Shown piece after piece: positions 10,764-20,867 of a stretch of 64,000 nucleotides of DNA (within the stretch, counting starts at the first letter, position 1; every line of letters begins with the position of its first letter). The translations under genes and the position numbers were made by a program. The stretch comes from Trueperaceae bacterium (GTDB lineage: Bacteria; Deinococcota; Deinococci; Deinococcales; Trueperaceae), in assembly GCA_965214405.1 (NCBI GenBank), contig OZ243956.1, positions 768,001 to 832,000 of the forward strand, given 5' to 3'. The notes below the pieces were generated by a model. It worked only from the letters and a program-made list of their open reading frames with translations, made no database searches and was not told the origin of the DNA.

Positions 10764-11002
10764 CCTCGTCCTCCTTTGAAGTCTCACTCACCACGAGTCA
10801 CCAAAACCACTTAAGACGATATGACGACCCACTTCTCTCTCTACCCTCCACCTTTACGCGTAACATCCGCATCATACGCATTTGCGACCCCACTTTCAAA
10901 CCAGACGGTGGTAGCAGTAGCTTCCAGACCCGGACAAAAACGCCGTGGTGCGACCCGGCCCACAACGTTACAATCTCTTAGAATAGAGTTGAGGAGAAGA
11001 AC

Positions 11003-13489
11003 ATGCGCCTTATCCGTAACTGGGGCATCGGCATCGGTGTCCTCCTGTTGACGCTTACCGTACTCGGGACCGTCACCGTAATCTCACTGGTGCGCGCCCC
11101 CTTTCCCCAAACCTCGGGCACGCTCCCCCTCCGTAGCTTGGAGGGAGAAGTCACCGTCCACCGCGACGCCTACGGGGTGCCCCACATCTACGCCGACACC
11201 CCCCACGACCTCTTTTTCGCGCAGGGCTACGTGCACGCGCAAGACCGCTTCTGGCAGATGGAGTTCTGGCGGCACGTGGGTCTGGGCCGCCTGTCGGAGA
11301 TGCTGGGGGAAGATTTGGTGGCGAGCGACACCTTTATCCGCACCGTGGGCTGGAACCGCATCGCGGCGCGCACGCTTAGATTTTACGAAACCGAGGAGCC
11401 GGAAGTGATGGCGGTTCTGGAGGCCTATAGCGACGGCGTCAACGCCTACTTAGCCGAGCACCGGGGCGACCCGTCGCTCAACCTGACCATCCTCAAACGG
11501 GTCTATGAGCCGTGGGACGTCGAGCCCTGGGAGCCGCTGCACACCCTCGCCTGGGGCGTGGTGATGGCGGACGACCTAAGCGGCAACTGGCGCGACGAAC
11601 TGCAGCGCGCCGCCCTCACCCAGGCGGTGGGCGAGGACTTGACCGAAACATTACTGCCGCTCTACCCCGAGGACCGCCCCGTCATCGTGCCGAGCGGCGC
11701 GGACGCCGGTACGCGACGCGCTCTAGGCTCCTCCCCAAGCCCAACTCACAGCGCGGGCTCCGGGCCGGACTGGGCGCGCGTCAGCACGAACCTGGTGGAT
11801 CATGCCCCGCCGCAGGGCTGGGTTTTCGGCTCCGGCAGCGGGATCGGCAGCAACAGTTGGGTGCTAGGCGGCGCGTTGACGGACACGGGCCTGCCCCTGC
11901 TCGCCAACGACCCGCACCTGGGCATCCAGATGCCCTCCATCTGGTACGAGGTCGCCCTCCACGCGCCCGGCTGGGACGTCAGGGGCTTCTCCTTTGCGGG
12001 CACGCCCGGCGTCGTCATCGGTCACAACGCGCGCATCGCCTGGGGGGTCACCAACGGCACGGTGGACGTGCAGGACCTCTTTATTGAGCGTTTGAATCCC
12101 GACAACGAACGCCAGTACGCGTTCGAGGGCGAATGGCGCGACGTGAACGTCATCGAGGAGACGATCCGCGTCAACGGGGGCGAGGCGGTCACGCTCGAGG
12201 TCTTAGAAACCCACCACGGCCCCATCATCACGAACCTGCGCGACGACCTAGACGTCCCCGTCGCCTTCCAGTGGACCGCCGCCGAAAGACCTTCCACCCT
12301 GCTCAAGTCGATTCTTCTCCTCAACCAGGCCGCCGACTACGGCGCGTTTCGCGAGGCCCTGCGCTACTGGGACACGCCCGCGCAGAACATGGTGTACGCC
12401 GATGTGGAGGGCAACATCGCTTACGGGCTGCCCGGCGCTGTCCCCATCCGGCGCAACGGGGACGGGCTGGTCCCCGTGCCCGGCTGGACCGGCGCGCACG
12501 AGTGGGTGGGCTGGGTGCCTTTTGAGGAGATGCCCGCGCGCTTCAACCCGCCCGAAGGCTTCATCGTGACCGCGAACAACGCCGCGGTGGACGCGTCGTT
12601 TCCCTATCTGCTCGAGCTCCAGTGGGCCGACGGCGACCGCGCGCAGCGTCTCGTAAATATAATAGAAACGCTGCGCGAGGAGGGCGACATCAGCATAGAA
12701 GACGTGGCCGCGATGCAGCTGGACAGTTACAGCCTGCTTTTCGAGAGCTACCGCCCCCTGCTGGCCGCGCTCCGTAGCGGCGACCCGGCCGTCCAGGAGG
12801 CGCTGGAGGTGCTGCGCGCCTGGGACGGGCAGATGCGGCGCGACAGCACCGGGGCGGCGCTGTGGGGCCTCCTGTTTATGCACCTGCAGGAGGCAACTTT
12901 GGCCGACGAGCTGGGCGACGAAGCGCCCGGCTACATTTCCAACCGCGGCGCGCCGCGCGTGCTCTTCCACCGCCTCGCCCATACCCCCGACTCGCCCCTG
13001 TGGGACGACGCCGCCACGCCGCAACGGGAAACGCGCGAGGACGTCCTCTTGCGGGCGCTTGTTTACACCCTGGGCTGGTTCGAAGAGAACGTGGGCGGCG
13101 CGCTGGAGGATTGGCAGTGGGGCGACGTCCACACCGCCACCTTTGTGAGTAGCCCGCTCGGGCAGAGTGGCATCGGACCCGTAGAAGCCGCCGTCAACTT
13201 AGGCCCCTTCCCGGTGGACGGCGACAGCAGCGCGGTCAACGCCAACGGCTGGAGCTTTGACAACCCGGCCGCGGTCACGGGGCACGTCTCGATGCGGATG
13301 ATTATCGACCTGGCGGACTTCGGGCGCAGCCAAGCCGTCCACTCCACGGGCCAGAGCGGCCACCCCTTCCACCCTCACTACGACGACCTCTTTAAGCTCT
13401 GGCAGGCGGGGCTCTACCACCCCATGTTCTGGACGGCGGAGGAGGTCGAGGACGCGGCGGCGGACACGCTGGTGCTAAAACCCGAGTAG
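11003..13489 (+). CDS. Penicillin acylase family Ntn-hydrolase (AHL-acylase-like), membrane anchored
   Basis: RDAYGVPHIYA, QGYVHAQDRFWQM, G-SNSW nucleophile, LANDPHL, GQSGHPFHPHYDD; N-terminal hydrophobic helix. Confidence 0.93.
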   Translation: MRLIRNWGIGIGVLLLTLTVLGTVTVISLVRAPFPQTSGTLPLRSLEGEVTVHRDAYGVPHIYADTPHDLFFAQGYVHAQDRFWQMEFWRHVGLGRLSEMLGEDLVASDTFIRTVGWNRIAARTLRFYETEEPEVMAVLEAYSDGVNAYLAEHRGDPSLNLTILKRVYEPWDVEPWEPLHTLAWGVVMADDLSGNWRDELQRAALTQAVGEDLTETLLPLYPEDRPVIVPSGADAGTRRALGSSPSPTHSAGSGPDWARVSTNLVDHAPPQGWVFGSGSGIGSNSWVLGGALTDTGLPLLANDPHLGIQMPSIWYEVALHAPGWDVRGFSFAGTPGVVIGHNARIAWGVTNGTVDVQDLFIERLNPDNERQYAFEGEWRDVNVIEETIRVNGGEAVTLEVLETHHGPIITNLRDDLDVPVAFQWTAAERPSTLLKSILLLNQAADYGAFREALRYWDTPAQNMVYADVEGNIAYGLPGAVPIRRNGDGLVPVPGWTGAHEWVGWVPFEEMPARFNPPEGFIVTANNAAVDASFPYLLELQWADGDRAQRLVNIIETLREEGDISIEDVAAMQLDSYSLLFESYRPLLAALRSGDPAVQEALEVLRAWDGQMRRDSTGAALWGLLFMHLQEATLADELGDEAPGYISNRGAPRVLFHRLAHTPDSPLWDDAATPQRETREDVLLRALVYTLGWFEENVGGALEDWQWGDVHTATFVSSPLGQSGIGPVEAAVNLGPFPVDGDSSAVNANGWSFDNPAAVTGHVSMRMIIDLADFGRSQAVHSTGQSGHPFHPHYDDLFKLWQAGLYHPMFWTAEEVEDAAADTLVLKPE

Positions 13490-13619
13490 GTGTAAAGGAG
13501 CTGGTTGAGACTGGGCGCCTCAACTTATACCATTTTGCCTTCTCGAGCGCAGCGAAGAAGTCAAGGACGAACGGAGCGAGTGAAAAGGAGACGGGTTGGC
13601 GGTAACGGATGAGCAGGCG

Positions 13620-13645
13620 GGCTTTTGCCTGCTCAGTAATGAATG
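13620..13645. terminator. Possible terminator hairpin after the acylase gene
   Basis: TGAGCAGGCGG-gctt-TTGCCTGCTCA inverted repeat; no clear U-tract. Confidence 0.4.
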
Positions 13646-13743
13646 CGAATCTGTATGAGCTTCTTTTCTCGTCTCGCGACGTGTTATGGTTATCTACCAA
13701 AACGCGAAACGCTCATAGATAGCAGCGGAAGAGAAACTCACCC

Positions 13744-14253
13744 TTGTCCGTATCGTACGAAAACTCAAAAGTCGTGTTCGAAGGCCTTAAACAAGCGGGC
13801 ATCACCTCCCTGTCGGCGCTGCCCGAGACGTGGCTGATTCACCTCTTGCAACGCGCCGAGGATGACCCGGACGTGAAGCTCATCGAAGTCGCCAAAGAAG
13901 AGGAGGCCGTCGGCGTCGCCGCGGGCGCGTACTTCGCGGGCGAGCCCCACGCCCTCCTCATGCAAAACCACGGTTTCTTGGCGGCAATCAACGCTATCGT
14001 GTCGCTCGCGCAACTTTACAGCGTCCCGCTATGTATGCTCATCGCCTTTCGCGGTCACTGGGGCGAGCCCTACCCGTGGCACACGCGCGGCGGCATCATT
14101 ACCGAGGAGGTCTTGCGGGCGTTGGGGATTCCCTTTGAAAGGGCTCGAGACCCTCATAAAGTCGCCAAGAAAATACGCGAGGCGTATACCTTTTCGCAAA
14201 GCTCCTTGTCGCCCGTAGCGTTGTTGCTTACCAGGGACTTAATGGAAGACTAA
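13744..14253 (+). CDS. ThDP-dependent decarboxylase alpha subunit (sulfopyruvate decarboxylase ComD-like, PYR domain)
   Basis: KEEEAVGVAAGAY, LLMQNHG; TTG start; paired with a beta subunit. Confidence 0.85.
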   Translation: MSVSYENSKVVFEGLKQAGITSLSALPETWLIHLLQRAEDDPDVKLIEVAKEEEAVGVAAGAYFAGEPHALLMQNHGFLAAINAIVSLAQLYSVPLCMLIAFRGHWGEPYPWHTRGGIITEEVLRALGIPFERARDPHKVAKKIREAYTFSQSSLSPVALLLTRDLMED

Positions 14254-14267
14254 GTATGGAGGAATAA

Positions 14268-14861
14268 GTGGAACGCGCCCGCTGTTTAGAGGTTATCTAT
14301 CCTGAGTTACACGACAAGCTCGTCGTCACCATCATGGGGGCCTGCGCGCAGGAGCTTTACAACTTGGGGCACCGCGAGAACTTCTTTTACCTGCAACACG
14401 CGATGGGCCTGGCCTCGTCCATCGGCTTAGGTTTGGCAACTCACTTGCCCGAAGAGCGCGTGGTGGTCTTGGACGGCGACGGCTCGGTGCTGATGAATCT
14501 AGGCACCCTGACCACCCTGGCCCGCTACCGCCCGAAAAACATGGTGCATATCATTTTTGACAACGGCAGTTTGCTCTCGACCGGCGGCTTCTCTTCGCAC
14601 ACCACCGCGGGCATCACCGACTTGGCCGCCATCGCCAGAGGCGCGGGCGTTGAGCACGTCGCGTTTACGGACACCCCGCTGGGGTTCGGCGAGGCCATTT
14701 TAGACGCTTTTGAGCGCGACGACCTTAGCGTCATCGTCGCCAAGGTGCGGGCGGTCGGGCCGGACAAGTACGGGATGAATTTACAGTTGCCCGAGAACGC
14801 GTTTAGATTTCGGCGTTTTATTCAGGAGCGAAAGCGCGCGAAACAGATTGTAACGACGTAA
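14268..14861 (+). CDS. ThDP-dependent decarboxylase beta subunit (ComE-like, PP domain)
   Basis: AMGLASSIGLG, DGDGSVLMN...DNG ThDP-binding motif; GGAGG RBS. Confidence 0.87.
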   Translation: MERARCLEVIYPELHDKLVVTIMGACAQELYNLGHRENFFYLQHAMGLASSIGLGLATHLPEERVVVLDGDGSVLMNLGTLTTLARYRPKNMVHIIFDNGSLLSTGGFSSHTTAGITDLAAIARGAGVEHVAFTDTPLGFGEAILDAFERDDLSVIVAKVRAVGPDKYGMNLQLPENAFRFRRFIQERKRAKQIVTT

Positions 14862-14915
14862 GCATATGGATAAAGATTTCTGTCAAGCACTCGAGCCCCG
14901 TTATCCTTTATTGGG

Positions 14916-15932
14916 ATGCAACAGCTAATGACAAGCGAGGTATTACAGAATTGCTATAGAAAATATGGCCCTGAAATCGAAGAGTTTTATTTTACAGAAG
15001 AAAACTGGGGCTTCCTAAAAATGGTCAAAGAGCAAATCAATTACCTTATCAATGAATTTTGTGGGTTTTACAAATTTCAGCGACCTATTCTTGTGTTTCA
15101 TAATGATGCTTTCGTTCGTCCTAAATACGCAGCTCATGCAACTGAGAAAAATGGAATCAGCATTATTGGCATCACAGCAACTGTAGCTCTAGTTCTACGA
15201 CGCTATTTCATGGTTGCTCTTGCCCACAGATCAGAAGACTCGAAAGAATCAAAACCTCCCTTTGTGAAAGATTTGAAAAGCCTATACAGCTATCCTGGTG
15301 TCGCTTTACCAATTAATCGAGAACAATCTATTCGAGCTGAAGAATTAGCACGCATTGGCTTGACTTACGTAGCAGCACACGAACTCAGCCATCTAAAGCT
15401 GGGACATGTAGCTTATATCCCTACCGAAACATACGAAGATTCACAAGAAGAAACTAAGTCGTCGCTTGATTATCTCGCAATGGAATTGCAGGCTGACAGA
15501 TGTGCAGCGGATATCTTAATGAGTTACGCTTTGATGCTAGAGAAACACTTCTCTATAGATTTGATGAAGTTTCTATCCGTATGGCTAGCGGGTATTGGTT
15601 CAACTTTTAGAATGGAATGGGATTCAAAAGATTGGTCACAAAACCTATTCGATTCTAAACATCCGCCAGCTCAATATCGAGGTATCGCCGCAGCTACTCA
15701 GCTACTTCTTAGGTTTAAGGAAAAAAGGAACTCATCAGATAGACAGGTGGTTGAAATATTTGAATTTATGACTAATGAAGTCGAACGTTTTCATAAAGAT
15801 GTTACAGGAAGTGAGGAGCGAAAGTTGCAGGGTGAGCAGTTTGGCGAGTTCCTTTCTAAACATGAAGAATACACTTCGAGATTGCTCGAACACCATAAGC
15901 GATTATTTCCAGAGGCCAAATGTCAGTCGTGA
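14916..15932 (+). CDS. HExxH zinc metallopeptidase resembling phage-exclusion protein Lit (peptidase U49)
   Basis: AAHELSHLKLGH...ELQADRCA...SKHPPAQYR motif series; strongly AT-rich relative to flanks. Confidence 0.6.
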   Translation: MQQLMTSEVLQNCYRKYGPEIEEFYFTEENWGFLKMVKEQINYLINEFCGFYKFQRPILVFHNDAFVRPKYAAHATEKNGISIIGITATVALVLRRYFMVALAHRSEDSKESKPPFVKDLKSLYSYPGVALPINREQSIRAEELARIGLTYVAAHELSHLKLGHVAYIPTETYEDSQEETKSSLDYLAMELQADRCAADILMSYALMLEKHFSIDLMKFLSVWLAGIGSTFRMEWDSKDWSQNLFDSKHPPAQYRGIAAATQLLLRFKEKRNSSDRQVVEIFEFMTNEVERFHKDVTGSEERKLQGEQFGEFLSKHEEYTSRLLEHHKRLFPEAKCQS

Positions 15933-16010
15933 AGATACTTTGGTGGCCCGCACTCAAGTTTCGCTTTAGCTAAGTGTTGCAAATTGACGTTTAACCATGA
16001 AAGGAACCCC

Positions 16011-16775
16011 ATGTCCACCCTCATCACCGACCTCGCTTCGGGCAAGGTCAAAGTCGTTGACTTAAGCCAGTCCTTAAACCCCGACACGCCCGTCATCGCC
16101 CTGCCCGACACGTTCGCGTCCTCGCCCCCTCTAAGCGTCACCGAGATTTCGCGCTACAACGACGCGGGACCCGCTTGGTACTGGAACACCCTCACGTTAG
16201 GCGAGCACACCGGCACCCATTTCGACGCGCCGGTCCACTGGGTGAGCGGCAAAGATTTGGAGGGCAACGCGACCGACACCATCCCCCCGAACAAGCTCGT
16301 CGCCCCCGCCAACGTTATTAACGTGAGTCGAGAGGTCGCTGAGGATGAGGGCTTTTTGCTCACGCCGGAGCACATCGAAAGGTGGGAAGAGGAGCACGGA
16401 AAGATTGATGCGGGCTCGTGGGTGCTGCTGCGTAGCGACTAGTCGAAACGGCAGGGAGCCGAGGCGTTTCTCAACGTCAAAGGGGACGGCCCGGTATCGC
16501 CCGGCCCTTCGCCTGACGCTGTAAAAACCCTCGTTGAGCGCGACGTTATCGGCTTCGGCACCGAGACGGTGGGCACCGACGCGGGCGCGGCGGGGGGCTT
16601 TGACCCGGCTTTTCCCGCGCATACACTCTTTCACGGGGCCGGGAAGTTCGGGCTGGCGAGCTTGACGAACTTAGACCAACTGCCGCCCAAAGGGGCGCTG
16701 CTGATTACCCCGCCGCTCAAGCTCGTGGGCGGCTCGGGCAGCCCGCTGCGGGTGTTGGCGCTCGTGACCGCTTAG
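16011..16775 (+). pseudogene. Cyclase family amidohydrolase (isatin hydrolase/kynurenine formamidase type) with in-frame TAG at 16440-16442
   Basis: WYWNTLTLGEHTGTHFDAPVHW; the same frame continues after TAG (SKRQ...ETVGTDAG...GSGSPLRVLAL*). Confidence 0.85.
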
Positions 16776-16783
16776 AGGTCTAC

Positions 16784-17629
16784 GTGACGACGCTGCTCAC
16801 GGTTGACGACCTGCTGGCGCTGCCCCCGGTGCCGCCGGACGTTTCTATTGCCTACGGCCCCCACGCGGAGCAGTTTGGACACCTCTACTTGCCTGCTGGC
16901 ACAGGATTCGACTCAGCGCCGCATCCGGTGGTGGTCTTGCTGCACGGCGGTTGCTGGCGGGCAAGGGTCGACCTCACCTACATGGGTCAATTCGCCAAAG
17001 CTCTTACAGAAGACGGGGTGGCGGTGTGGAACCTCGAGTACCGCCGCTTAGACCTTGACGGTGGCTGGCCTCACACGTTTTTGGATGTCGCCAAGGGTGC
17101 GGATTATCTCAGGACGGTGGCGGATGAATACGCGCTCGATTTGGCTCGAGTCCTCACCGTCGGCCACTCCGCCGGAGGGCACCTGGCGCTGTGGCTCGCG
17201 GGTCGTCACAAGCTGGAACCTAAAAGTGAGCTTTATATGGAGGAACCGCTCGAGCTTTGCGGCGTCGTCTCGCTGGCGGGCATCCCCGATTTGGCCGAAG
17301 CTCTGAAGCAAAACATCTGCCCAGACGCGCCCGACCGGTTGATGGGCGGTTCACCGCAAGAGGTGCCGGGGCGCTACGCTGAGGGCTCGCCCGCTGAACT
17401 CCTCCCGCTCGGCGTCCAGCAAATCTTAATCCAAGGCGAACAAGATGACACGGTGCCGCTGAGTTACGTTAAACTTTATGAAGTCGCAACCAAAAAGAAA
17501 GGTGAGGAGGTCCGCCTGATAAGCCTAGCCGACACCGGCCGTTTTGAAATCGTCGTCGCCACAACAAAGCAGTGGCAGCGGGTTAGAGCAGCCGTTCTGG
17601 AGCTGCTCGAGAAAGGACACACATCATGA
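16784..17629 (+). CDS. Alpha/beta hydrolase (HGG-type esterase/arylformamidase-like)
   Basis: LLHGGCW, GHSAGGH nucleophile elbow, DDTVP; expected catalytic His position reads Arg (DTGRF). Confidence 0.85.
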   Translation: MTTLLTVDDLLALPPVPPDVSIAYGPHAEQFGHLYLPAGTGFDSAPHPVVVLLHGGCWRARVDLTYMGQFAKALTEDGVAVWNLEYRRLDLDGGWPHTFLDVAKGADYLRTVADEYALDLARVLTVGHSAGGHLALWLAGRHKLEPKSELYMEEPLELCGVVSLAGIPDLAEALKQNICPDAPDRLMGGSPQEVPGRYAEGSPAELLPLGVQQILIQGEQDDTVPLSYVKLYEVATKKKGEEVRLISLADTGRFEIVVATTKQWQRVRAAVLELLEKGHTS

Positions 17630-18792
17630 AATCAACCTTTACCGCAAGTCTCCTCGTCAGTCTCATCACCCTGCTAAGCGTCGGCTTGGCTCAAGAACCC
17701 GTCAAAATCGGCATGGTTACCACCTTGTCAACGGGAGGCGGCTACTTGGGCGAACAGGTCGAAAAGGGTTTCAGACTCGCCGTCGAGATGCGCGACAGCC
17801 CTATCGAAATAGAACTGCTCGTCTCCGACGACGGCCTAGACCCCGAGACCGCCGTGGGTTTGGTCGAGCGCATGGTCGAGCGCGACGGGGTCAAAATCAT
17901 GACCGGCTCGATTTTTTCCAACATTGCAATGGCGACGGTTCCGCGTTTGGTGCGCGAGGGCGTGGTCTACGTCTCGCCCAACGCCGGGCCGTCGGAACTT
18001 GCCGGAAGGGGCTGTCACCCGAACTACTTTAACGCCGCCTGGCAGAACGACAACCTGCACGAGGCGATGGGCCAGTACGTGACCGACCAGGGATTTGAGA
18101 ACGTCTACCTGCTCGCCCCGAACTACCCCGCGGGCCAGGACGCGCTCACCGGCTTTAAGCGTTTTTATGAGGGCGACATCGCCGGGGAGGTCTACACTCA
18201 ACTCGGTCAGACGGATTACGCCGCCGAAATTTCACAGCTACGCGCCGCGAATCCCGACGCGGTCTTTTTCTTCTACCCCGGCGCGATGGGCATCAACTTC
18301 GTCAAGCAGTACGGCCAGGCGGGTTTGGTCGAGCAAATCCCGCTGTTCGGCCCCGCGTTTTCGTTCGATGACACGCTGTTAGACGCCGTGGGTGAGGAGG
18401 CAGCCGGGACCTTTAACACCTCGCAGTGGTCGCCCGACCTGGACAACCCGGCCAACCAAGCGTTTGTCGAGGCGTACAAGGCGGAGTATGACGAGTACCC
18501 GACGCTCTACTCGAGCCAAGGCTTCGACACCGCCAACCTCATCTTGTCGGCGCTCGAGAAGGTGAACGGCGACGTGGACGATACCGAGGCGCTTGTCGCG
18601 GCGCTCGAGGAGGCCGACTTTACGTCGGTGCGCGGTGACTTTGCGTTCAACACGAACCATCACCCGATTCAAGACATCTACGTGCGTCAGGCTTATGTGG
18701 ACGAGAGCGGCAACGTCACAAACGAACTCGTCGCCAAGGTGTTCGAGGACCACGCGGACGCCTACGCGGCGGAATGCGAGATGGGGCGGTAA
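17626..18792 (+). CDS. Liv-type ABC substrate-binding protein (aromatic-acid binding subgroup)
   Basis: Signal peptide, VKIGMVTTLS, SPNAGPS, WQND, APNYPAG. Confidence 0.9.
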   Translation: MKSTFTASLLVSLITLLSVGLAQEPVKIGMVTTLSTGGGYLGEQVEKGFRLAVEMRDSPIEIELLVSDDGLDPETAVGLVERMVERDGVKIMTGSIFSNIAMATVPRLVREGVVYVSPNAGPSELAGRGCHPNYFNAAWQNDNLHEAMGQYVTDQGFENVYLLAPNYPAGQDALTGFKRFYEGDIAGEVYTQLGQTDYAAEISQLRAANPDAVFFFYPGAMGINFVKQYGQAGLVEQIPLFGPAFSFDDTLLDAVGEEAAGTFNTSQWSPDLDNPANQAFVEAYKAEYDEYPTLYSSQGFDTANLILSALEKVNGDVDDTEALVAALEEADFTSVRGDFAFNTNHHPIQDIYVRQAYVDESGNVTNELVAKVFEDHADAYAAECEMGR

Positions 18793-18900
18793 CGAGGTGA
18801 GGAGGCGCGGCGGAGTGGGAGAGACGGAGAGTCGTTCTCTCTCTACGCTTCCACTCTTCCGCGCAAACGGCAGCCTTACCCGTCAGCACCCCCTTAGCTA

Positions 18901-19815
18901 ATGCTCCTGCTGCTCGAGCAACTCTTAAACGGCGTCCAGCTCGGCGTCACGCTGCTCCTCATGGCGTCCGGGCTGACGCTTATTTTCGGCATTATGAACC
19001 TCATTAATCTGGCGCACGGCTCGCTCTTTATGGTGGGGGCTTATGTAGCGGCCACGGTGAGCGCCGCCACGGGCTCGTTTTTGCTGGGGCTCTTGGCGGG
19101 CACCGTCGCGGCGGGGCTGACGGGGATGGCGGTCGAGCTTGTCGTCATCCGGCGGCTTTACGCGCGCGACCACCTCGACCAGGTGTTGGCGACTTTTGGG
19201 CTTATTTTGTTCTTTAACGAACTCGTGCGCGTGGTGTGGGGACGGCAGCCGCTGCGGCTTGACGTGCCCCCTTGGCTTTTGGGGACGGTTGAGGTGGTGC
19301 CCGGTGCGCCTTATCCCATCTACCGTTTGGCGGTCATCATCGTCGGGGCGCTCGTGGTGGGTGGGCTTTACGGACTCGTGCAGCGGACGCGCTTGGGGAT
19401 GTGGATTCGCGCGGGGGCGAGTGACCGAGAGATGATTGGGGCGCTGGGGGTGAACGTCTCGAGGCTCTACACCATTATTTTTGGGCTCGGGGCGCTCCTG
19501 GCGGGTTTGGCGGGCGTCGTCGCGGGACCCTTTCTCGCGGTTCAGTCGGGGATGGGCGAGAACATCCTTATTCTCACTTTTGTGGTCATCGTCATCGGCG
19601 GCATCGGCTCGATTCGCGGGGCGGTGGTGGGTTCGCTGTTGGTCGGGCTCACCGATACGCTGGGACGCGCCTACTTGCCGGGGCTGCTCGCCCTCGTGTT
19701 GTCGCCGAGCGGGGCGAGCGCCGTCGGGGCGTCTCTTTCGGCGATGGCGATTTATATCCTCATGGCCGTGGTGCTGGCCTGGCGTCCGCAGGGGCTCTTT
19801 GGCGGCGGGGCGTGA
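18901..19815 (+). CDS. Branched-chain amino acid-type ABC permease (LivH-like)
   Basis: GLTLIFGIMNLINLAHG, VIVIGGIGSIRGA, RPQGLFG. Confidence 0.92.
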   Translation: MLLLLEQLLNGVQLGVTLLLMASGLTLIFGIMNLINLAHGSLFMVGAYVAATVSAATGSFLLGLLAGTVAAGLTGMAVELVVIRRLYARDHLDQVLATFGLILFFNELVRVVWGRQPLRLDVPPWLLGTVEVVPGAPYPIYRLAVIIVGALVVGGLYGLVQRTRLGMWIRAGASDREMIGALGVNVSRLYTIIFGLGALLAGLAGVVAGPFLAVQSGMGENILILTFVVIVIGGIGSIRGAVVGSLLVGLTDTLGRAYLPGLLALVLSPSGASAVGASLSAMAIYILMAVVLAWRPQGLFGGGA

Positions 19816-20867
19816 AGCGCACCGTGACGGAGGAAGTGACAAAAGAAAAAGAGCGCAAAGAGCGTGGCGCGCCGCGTCACAGGTTCGGGGTGAACCGGGC
19901 TCGAGCCGTCACCCTCCTCACGCTTCTTTTGTTGGGCCTCGCGCCGCTCGTGGCTCAAGCCTTGGACTTAAATTATCTCGTCCCCGTCCTCACCCGCGTC
20001 GTCATCTCCGGTTTGGTCGCGCTCAGCCTCAACTTCATCCTCGGCTACGGCGGGCTCGTCTCGTTCGGGCACGCCGCGTTTTTGGGGCTGGGCGCGTACA
20101 CGTTTGCTATTCTGTCGCAGCACGCTTTTTACGAGGAGGCGTTTTTGGGCCTGAGCGCTGGCCCCTGGATGAACAATGCGCTCGTCGTGTGGCCCCTGGC
20201 GATGCTCGTCTCGGCGTTGTTCGCCTTTGTCATCGGCCTCGTATCGTTGCGCACTCGGGGCGTGTACTTCATCATGATTACCCTGGCGTTCGCGCAGATG
20301 CTCTACTTTTTCTTCGTGTCGCTCGAGCCCTACGGCGGCGACGACGGGCTGTCGCTGTGGTGGGGGCCGAACACGCTCGGCCCCTTTGACTTAAGCGACC
20401 GCCTGACGATGTTTTACGCGGCTTACCTTTTGCTCGTCCTCTGCTTGTTCCTGTTCTGGCGCTTCGTCCACGCCCGCTTCGGGCGGACCCTGCGCGGTCT
20501 CAAGAGCAACGAAGGGAGGATGCGCGCGCTCGGCTTTGAACCTCTCCCCTACCGGCTCGCCGCCTTTTGCGTTTCCGGCGCGGTGGCGGGGCTCGCGGGC
20601 GCGTTGCTCGGCAACCAAACCGAGTTCGTCTCGCCCGCCCTGCTCCACTGGCCCCGGTCGGGCGAGCTGCTGGTGATGGTCATCTTGGGCGGCGTGGGTA
20701 GCCTCATCGGGCCGGTGCTCGGCGCGGCGGCGTTTTTGGGGCTCGAGGAAGTCCTCGTCTCGTTCACCCCGCACTGGCAACTCTTTTTCGGCCCGCTGCT
20801 CGTGCTGATTGTGCTGTTCGCGCGGCGCGGTTTGGGCGGGCTGCTGATGGGGGACGAGGTTGACTGA
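19812..20867 (+). CDS. ABC permease (LivM-like)
   Basis: GYGGLVSFGHAAF, RTRGVYFIMITLAFAQM. Confidence 0.92.
   Translation: MKRTVTEEVTKEKERKERGAPRHRFGVNRARAVTLLTLLLLGLAPLVAQALDLNYLVPVLTRVVISGLVALSLNFILGYGGLVSFGHAAFLGLGAYTFAILSQHAFYEEAFLGLSAGPWMNNALVVWPLAMLVSALFAFVIGLVSLRTRGVYFIMITLAFAQMLYFFFVSLEPYGGDDGLSLWWGPNTLGPFDLSDRLTMFYAAYLLLVLCLFLFWRFVHARFGRTLRGLKSNEGRMRALGFEPLPYRLAAFCVSGAVAGLAGALLGNQTEFVSPALLHWPRSGELLVMVILGGVGSLIGPVLGAAAFLGLEEVLVSFTPHWQLFFGPLLVLIVLFARRGLGGLLMGDEVD

Noticed and set aside
13744..14861. Coenzyme M or phosphonate biosynthesis (literal ComDE/Ppd function)
   Set aside because: No comABC, PEP mutase or sulfonate genes nearby; the context is aromatic catabolism
16440..16442. 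TAG as pyrrolysine or genetic-code reassignment
   Set aside because: The position corresponds to a Trp codon, many genes in the window end normally at TAG, and no pyl genes are visible
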